A stretch of 64,000 nt of DNA from an uncultured Methanosarcinaceae archaeon (GTDB lineage: Archaea; Halobacteriota; Methanosarcinia; Methanosarcinales; Methanosarcinaceae). A program made the translations under genes and the position numbers. Every line of letters begins with the position of its first letter. Position 1 is the first letter of the stretch. The stretch covers positions 416,001 through 480,000 of the forward strand of contig CAVTET010000003.1 in NCBI GenBank assembly GCA_963733675.1, read 5' to 3'. This document shows, piece after piece, positions 57,961 through 64,000 of this stretch. The notes beneath the pieces are model-generated. The model saw nothing but the letters and a program-made list of their open reading frames with translations, did not search any database and was not told the origin of the DNA.

Positions 57961-58439
57961 CATACTTGTTATCTTAAAAAAATATGTCCCCCTATCTGGA
58001 ATCTAGTTAATTATAGTAACCGGAGGTTTATCATCAACCTACACAAAACAGCGAAGAGCCTTATATTTCTTAATCCGATACTACAAATCACTTTCTTCTG
58101 AAATGACTAAGTTAGGTGGTTTATGAGCTGATTAGTTTTCTTATTTGGTTTACATTAACCTTGAAGAGAGTCTTGATATAATTTCACTACCACTCTTACC
58201 AAAAATGTATGTCAGCACATCATTTGGATAAAATATTTTAGATGTGAGAATAGAATGAGCTCATTTATTGTATATATCCTTTTTTGGTAAATATTCAGCA
58301 TACCAAACTTTAGTTGGTAGACATTCAATAGCCCACAGTTAAATAAAGCCAGACAAAAAAATTTACTCCTTGAATCTTTGTAAAAGTGGTTATGAATGTT
58401 GTTTTGCTCAGGTTGGACAGTTACTTTTTTGAGAGTATT

Positions 58440-58744
58440 AGGCTAGCTCCAGTTCCTTCACAATTATCTGCTGCAAGCATCATGGCTTTGGATCCAATTT
58501 CGTAAAGTTTAGTAAGTTTAAGGTTGACCAATACGATTGCATATTCCTATACAAACTCTTCAGAGGTGTTATAGAGATTAATGCCATTAAAAGCTTTTTT
58601 TAGATCTTTCTCTCCAAGTTCACTTCGACCCAAAGGAGTTTGCTGGACTCCTTTAAGGGTTCTAAAAGTAAATTATTTCCTACACTAATATTAATTTTAC
58701 AAAGTCAGTGTGTTAGATACTGTGAAGGTTTTTTGCTAGGCTTC
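58440..58744 (-). pseudogene. Decayed C-terminal tRNA-binding/dimerisation (Trbp111-like) domain of MetRS
   Basis: After the metG stop, the minus strand carries fragments DFVK..., EPLKESSKLL.VEV, YNTSEE, IVLVNLKLTKL...SKAMMLAAD, with stops and frameshifts. Confidence 0.8.
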
Positions 58745-60514
58745 TTAGCTATTTTTTTCCCCTAATTTATTGGCTTCTTCTGCAGATAACATTCCCTCGG
58801 ATTTGGAGGATTCTTTTTCAATCCCCTTTCCTATAGATTTTTTTGCATTGGCGGCTTTTATCCTTTGGTTTGCGATTTCTTCCATCTTTCCTATCCGATC
58901 ATCTTCGATCTTTGTAAAGAGAATTTCAGGTTTTGCGAGTTTTGTACCTGCTTTTATAGGCACTAGAGCTTCAATGTACTGGGTTGTATGCAGGTCTTCT
59001 TCCTGCCCGAGCTCTTCCCAGGCGAGTTCCATAGTTTGTGGGATCACGGGTTCAAAGATAATACTGAGGGCTTTTGAAAGGTGAAGGCAGTTGTAAAGTA
59101 CATTCCCGCAAGCTGTCTTATCCTTTTTAACCAGTTTCCATGGCTCTTGAGCCTGGAAGTAGCTATTTCCAAAAGATGCAAGAGCCATTGCAGCATCAAC
59201 GGCTTTTTTGAATTCATACTCCGCAATTGCTACTTTTACTTTATTTATGGCCTTTTCTATTTCTTCCTTGACTTCAGGTTCAAGCTCCCCCTCAGGGACT
59301 TTTCCGTAGTTCTTGGAAGCAAAAAGAATTGTCCTATAAAGGAAGTTTCCGAGCACTGCCACGAGTTCAGTGTTTATTTTTTCCTGAAGCACGTGCCATG
59401 AGAAATTCAGTTCCTTAGTATGGGATGTATAGCTCGCTAGGTAGTACCTCAGGAGATCTGGATGGAAACCTTGGTCAAGGTAATCTTCCCCAACCCAGAC
59501 CACATAACCCCTGGTTTTGGAAAATTTTTTATCTTCGATTTTAACCATACCTGAAGCTACAACAGCAGTCGGTACTGAGTAGCCTGCTCCTTTCAGCATG
59601 GCCGGCCAGAAGATGCAGTGGTGGTAAGCGATGTCTCCGCCTATGAAGTGGACAATTTCTCCGTCATTTTTCCAGTATTTTTCCCAGGAATCCCCTGCCT
59701 TTGCAGCCCACTCTTCCGTAAAGGCAATGTACCCTATGGGAGCATCCACCCAGACATAGACAACGAGATCTTCATGTCCTGGAAATTTTATACCCCATTC
59801 CAAATTTCTTGTAATGCACCAGTCTGTAAGCCCTTGCTTTACCCAGCCCAGTGCATAGTTCCTAGCATTGGTGGTCCCCCCAAGGTCATTTGTGAGATAG
59901 TCCATAAGGTAATCGTTGAACTCTGAAAGCTTGAAAAAAAAGTGTTCCTGCTGGCGATATTCCGCAGGCCCACTGCAGATAGTGCATATCGGGTTCTGAA
60001 GGTCTCCTGGCTCCAGATGCTTTCCGCATCCCTGATCACATTCGTCCCCTCGTGCAGTTTCCCTGCAGTGAGGGCAGGTCCCTTCAACATAGCGATCAGG
60101 GAGAAAACGGTTGCATTTAGGACAGTAGGCAATTTCAATAGTTTTTGGGTATACATAGCCTTTTTCAATAATCTTGTTGACGATATCAAGGGTACGATTG
60201 TGATTTTCAGGATCATCCGTTGTCCCAAAAGCATCAAAGTAAATTCCTAGCTGCTTAAAAGTCTCGTCAAAATGTTTGTGATACATCTCCACAAGCTCTT
60301 TAGGAGCGATCCCAAGTTCCTCGGCGTTCACGACAATTGGGGTACCGTGAGTATCCGAACCGCAAACAAAGGTGACTTCTATTCCTTTTTTACGCAGAGA
60401 ACGGACAAAGATATCAGCGGGTATATATGTCCGCAGATGTCCGATATGTGCAGTGCCGTTAGCATAAGGCAGACCACATGTGACAAGTACGGGTTTACTG
60501 GAAGATTCTGACAT
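58745..60514 (-). CDS. metG: Methionine--tRNA ligase (catalytic and anticodon-binding domains; C-terminal domain lost)
   Basis: LPYANG..HIGH, Zn knuckles, [15 protein letters not shown]; stops after the Lys/Glu-rich linker at 589 aa. Confidence 0.96.
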   Translation of the reverse strand: MSESSSKPVLVTCGLPYANGTAHIGHLRTYIPADIFVRSLRKKGIEVTFVCGSDTHGTPIVVNAEELGIAPKELVEMYHKHFDETFKQLGIYFDAFGTTDDPENHNRTLDIVNKIIEKGYVYPKTIEIAYCPKCNRFLPDRYVEGTCPHCRETARGDECDQGCGKHLEPGDLQNPICTICSGPAEYRQQEHFFFKLSEFNDYLMDYLTNDLGGTTNARNYALGWVKQGLTDWCITRNLEWGIKFPGHEDLVVYVWVDAPIGYIAFTEEWAAKAGDSWEKYWKNDGEIVHFIGGDIAYHHCIFWPAMLKGAGYSVPTAVVASGMVKIEDKKFSKTRGYVVWVGEDYLDQGFHPDLLRYYLASYTSHTKELNFSWHVLQEKINTELVAVLGNFLYRTILFASKNYGKVPEGELEPEVKEEIEKAINKVKVAIAEYEFKKAVDAAMALASFGNSYFQAQEPWKLVKKDKTACGNVLYNCLHLSKALSIIFEPVIPQTMELAWEELGQEEDLHTTQYIEALVPIKAGTKLAKPEILFTKIEDDRIGKMEEIANQRIKAANAKKSIGKGIEKESSKSEGMLSAEEANKLGEKNS

Positions 60515-60676
60515 TTTTATCTCCTTATGTTTTTTTGTTTCAATATATTTTCTTCGATGATTTTAACTCTATAATATATTTAGCTTGTTGTTTTTAAAGG
60601 GTAACTTTTATAGGAATAGTTTCTTTTTGTACTGAAATAAATTAGCCTCTAAAATCGTTTTAATTTATCCATATTC

Positions 60677-61400
60677 TCACAACCCAAAGAACATAACCCT
60701 AATTCTAAATTCTGCTCTATCTGCAATCTGTTCTAGAAAGCAGTTTCTGAAGATCCCCGTTCTCCAATTTTCATAGCTTTGTGGGGCTTTCTTTTTTATT
60801 ATTTAATGAGTCTCGAAAAGCTTTCAAAACTAGCCCCTTAATCTTGGGTGTGTATATAATAATTTTCCAATATTCTAGTTTCTCTTAGGATGTCTGATCC
60901 TTGCAAGTATTGGTTTAATCCTTAATTTTCCGATGTGCTTTTTGACCTCATTTTCCTGTGAACTATCATCATATAATCAACTAAGTAATTAATTGCATTT
61001 CTTATTTGTTCATCAAATATTTTCATCTAATAATTAGTAAATGGTTTTGATTTAGCTAAATCTTCATATCTATTCATGATCAATTCTCTGAGTCTCTGAA
61101 CTGATCCTCTGAATTTTCCTGAAATTTATTTCTTTTATACTTTTACAGATAAATTCAAATGGATTTATATCAGGTTAATAGAGTGGCAGGAATACTAATA
61201 TCATACTCAATTGTTCTGTCTTTTTGATCTTAATTTTTGCATAATTTGTTTTTGATTTTTCCAGTACAAATATGATATCAAAATAATTTTCATAATTATT
61301 TTCTTCATTTCAATCTTTCTGAAAATTTGCATAGATTTTTCGCCTTATAACTCTCTTCAAAATCTATGACTTTGTTATCTTTTTGAGCATAGAATTAATT
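60677..61400 (-). mobile_element. Decayed IS481-family transposase remnant
   Basis: Minus strand reads KKHI.KL.IKPILARIRHP..., ...PH.A.K..., AF.NRL.IE..FRI.VMFFGL*; 5' boundary approximate. Confidence 0.6.
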
Positions 61401-61614
61401 AGAATTTGCTTTCATTCTCTATTTATTTTTGAATATTTTTAGGTTTTTCAACAAACTACCAGAGTCTAGGTTTTCCTGAGTATTTAAAATACTGTAACAA
61501 GTGTGATCATTCAGAAAAATAATTATTGATAACTGAAAAAAAACAAAATATAGGACATTTGCAAATCTAACTTTCTTGCTTTGGTTTGAAAATAAAAAAA
61601 GGGAATAATCCCGA

Positions 61615-62255
61615 GCTCTACTTTTATCCATTCAGATCATGGGCATCAAAGGCGGATAAACCTCGAGAAAATGGAGCAAAAATAAAAATAAACAGAGACT
61701 AAACATGGATAAAAAAAGGTAGTAAATAACACTTCGGATATAAACTTCATAGCGCGATAGAAAGAGATTATGTGCTTAGCAGAAGGTTCAAAATAGCAAC
61801 TTCATGATTCGAGTGTAGATTTATCAGAAAAAAATGAAGTAGTTTAAAGAGACAAGGTATACTTTGGAGCAAAATCAAAAGGTTATGATGCAACAATGAA
61901 AATAAATTAAACGAAAATTTTTTGGGAATGAGTGATATATTAAGAAACAAGAGAATAAGTTCAAAAAGAGCTCCAAGATAACAAGTTTATGGAGTAACTA
62001 AAAAGATATTCAAAGAAGGAAAAGTTCTTCTCATCACTGCTCAATGAGTGAACCTAAGAATGTTCTATACAACTCTTCGTTATAATCTCTATCAGTTGAT
62101 GACATTAAAAATAAAAAGGGCATTCTAAGGATGGTAGGAGCTATAGTTATAATCAAAGAATCATGAACCAAAAAAGAAAAAATTGGGTAAAATACAGAAA
62201 TTAGCAAGAAAGATATTGACAAGATTCCCGCAAAAAAGAGGTATTCGGAATCCTC
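61615..62255 (+). mobile_element. Second decayed copy of the IS5-family element, with its right end
   Basis: TFIHSD.GH..ADKPR..., WIKKGSK.HFGYKLHS, ...RNKRISSKRAP, YNLYQLMTLK; terminal GAGGTATTCGGAATCCTC at 62238-62255. Confidence 0.8.
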
Positions 62256-62618
62256 AATATTATAGATAGCAAATTTTTATTCGATTATTGTAGAATAGAT
62301 TTTCTCGATATTTAGAATCAACTAATGTAATAGGTAATCTAACAGTGTAGCCATAGCTAAAACTGTTTAATTCCAATGTTATCACATCCCTATTAGAGAT
62401 GATTCCCCCCACCCCTAATAATGGTGCCAAAAACAAAATCATTTTTCAAAGAAGCGATGATTTAGAGGAGTAAACTGATCAAAAAAGACTAGATTTCACT
62501 CCATACTCTGTATAAAGGACTAGGTATTCATGATCTTCAATACTCCAGAAGTAATTAAACGAAGAAAAATTTATTGCTTTCTTCATACTCATTCTATCTT
62601 TTTCTTCTCAATATTACC

Positions 62619-63404
62619 TTAATTTTTTCTTGAAATCCCGGCTGCAGATACAGAAGAATCAGGGTTGGTTATCTGATTTTTTACTCCAATTATTTTAACA
62701 ATCAACATGCTGATCTCAAAGAAAATTGTCATGGGCACTGCAAACATCATCTGGCTGAAGACATCTGTTCCGGGGGTAATAAACATTGCAATAACCAGGA
62801 TGATGACATAAATATGCTTACGGTAGGTCATAAGAGTATCATATTTTATAAATCCGTTTCTGATCAGGACGGTGAGAACTATTGGGAGCTCGAATACCAA
62901 ACCGAAGATTGCTGTGGTTGTTGCTATAAATGAGATGAAATTGAAAATAGAATAAGTTGCAGTTACCCCTGAGGCTGCTGCATCAATGTAGAGGAACTTA
63001 AGAAAGATGGGCAGCATGAAAAAATAAGAATATGAAGCTCCTAGTATGAACATGGAGAGGCCAGCTGCACCCAGTAAAAAAAACTGACTCTTTTTGCTAT
63101 ATATTGGGATTCTAACTGAATACCGCTTTGAAATGGCCCGATAAATGTAAAATCCAATGAAAGGGAGGGTAATGAGTAACCCTATGATCATAGAGATCTT
63201 TAGCTGCAGCATCATTACCTCTAAAGGAGACAGATAAACCAGCTTTGCCCCCTCCGGTAGGAGATCATGCTTTATTCTATTTATCAGAGGACCCGTAAAC
63301 TGTAACGAGATTATAATACCTATGCAGAGAACCGTAGCAATTACAATCAGTTTTTTCCGCAGGGCTAGTAGGATTACACTAAGATTTTCAATGGTTTCAG
63401 ACAT
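62619..63404 (-). CDS. tatC: Twin-arginine translocase subunit TatC
   Basis: LRKKL, SPLE, FGLVFELP, RKHIYV, ITP..D.FSQ...AVP...FFE.S. Confidence 0.9.
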   Translation of the reverse strand: MSETIENLSVILLALRKKLIVIATVLCIGIIISLQFTGPLINRIKHDLLPEGAKLVYLSPLEVMMLQLKISMIIGLLITLPFIGFYIYRAISKRYSVRIPIYSKKSQFFLLGAAGLSMFILGASYSYFFMLPIFLKFLYIDAAASGVTATYSIFNFISFIATTTAIFGLVFELPIVLTVLIRNGFIKYDTLMTYRKHIYVIILVIAMFITPGTDVFSQMMFAVPMTIFFEISMLIVKIIGVKNQITNPDSSVSAAGISRKN

Positions 63405-64000
63405 ATGGAGTACCTATCCGAAAAAGCAAAAGGAAAATTTGTTGTCATATTTCAGGAAACTGTATCTATTGCAGATATATATTAATGTCAATTTTCTTTT
63501 TATCTATTTTGTTTTTCCTTTCAGTTTATTTGTTTTAGTAAAATTTTTTATTTTTTTCATTTTCTTTCCTAAAGTTACTTACGATCCAAGAAGAAATTCA
63601 ATTGATGGAAACTACTTATCAATTCAGATGAGATAAAAATCATTAGATGTTCTATTTTTAAGATTTAATGGTAAGTTATTTTAAACTTTTTTCAGTGAGC
63701 AAATTTAGATGGATTAATTTTATTTAACTTTCAGTTATTACTTTCAGTTATTGATACTTTTTTTGTTTATACATCATTTAGTAATCAGAAGTATCATATT
63801 TCATCAAAATATATCTCTTATAACTGATTTTTGGTAGGCTGAGTGGTTACCTTCTTTCTTCAATTGTAAATTTTTTTATTTTGTTTCCCAGTTTTTAGTG
63901 GGCTTACAATTACACATTTTTGGCAACTCAAAGCCAGGAACTTTATCATTTTTTGATTTTTGATTGATTGCGGTCAGTTGCTAGTTAAATTGATGATAAA

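Noticed and set aside
58015-58060. GGAGGTTTATC match to the MITE TIR
   Set aside because: Continues as ATCAACCTACACAAAACAGCGAAGAGCC with no partner TIR; perhaps the end of another element but unsupported here.
2270-60511. Many short antisense or alternate-frame ORFs in the ORF track that overlap core genes
   Set aside because: Shadow ORFs with no RBS or motifs, opposite or within well-supported genes.

Overview
This window looks like Methanosarcina-type (Methanosarcinales) chromosomal DNA. Intact core genes include the oapA/oapB GTPase cluster, enolase, topA, tsr3, a complete ACDS/CODH operon (cdhA-cdhB-cdhC-cooC-cdhD-cdhE), NMD3-ATPgrasp-tfe-HD-psmB-aCPSF1, ftsZ2, a DHPS-like gene, a membrane pyrophosphatase, leuB/aksF, ferredoxin-GGR, metG and tatC. 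These are separated by long AT-rich spacers filled with decayed IS relics (IS66, IS256, IS5 x3, IS110 x2, IS200, IS481), one intact IS6, and multi-hit pseudogenes (PfpI, CAAX protease, PrsW, EamA, P-type ATPase, FmdE). The main points not explained by the ORF track are: (i) a dispersed ~95-bp inverted-repeat element (7 copies, two subtypes) whose ends match the right end of the decayed IS5 copies; (ii) several small ORFs missing from the track, including a 52-aa, 9-Cys desulforedoxin/metallothionein-like protein; (iii) a MetRS whose C-terminal tRNA-binding domain has decayed in place; (iv) a component-A2 (atwA) gene embedded in a Cys-rich metal-protein cluster; (v) a divergent-clade membrane PPase. 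Product calls come from recognising motifs by eye; no database searches were run.
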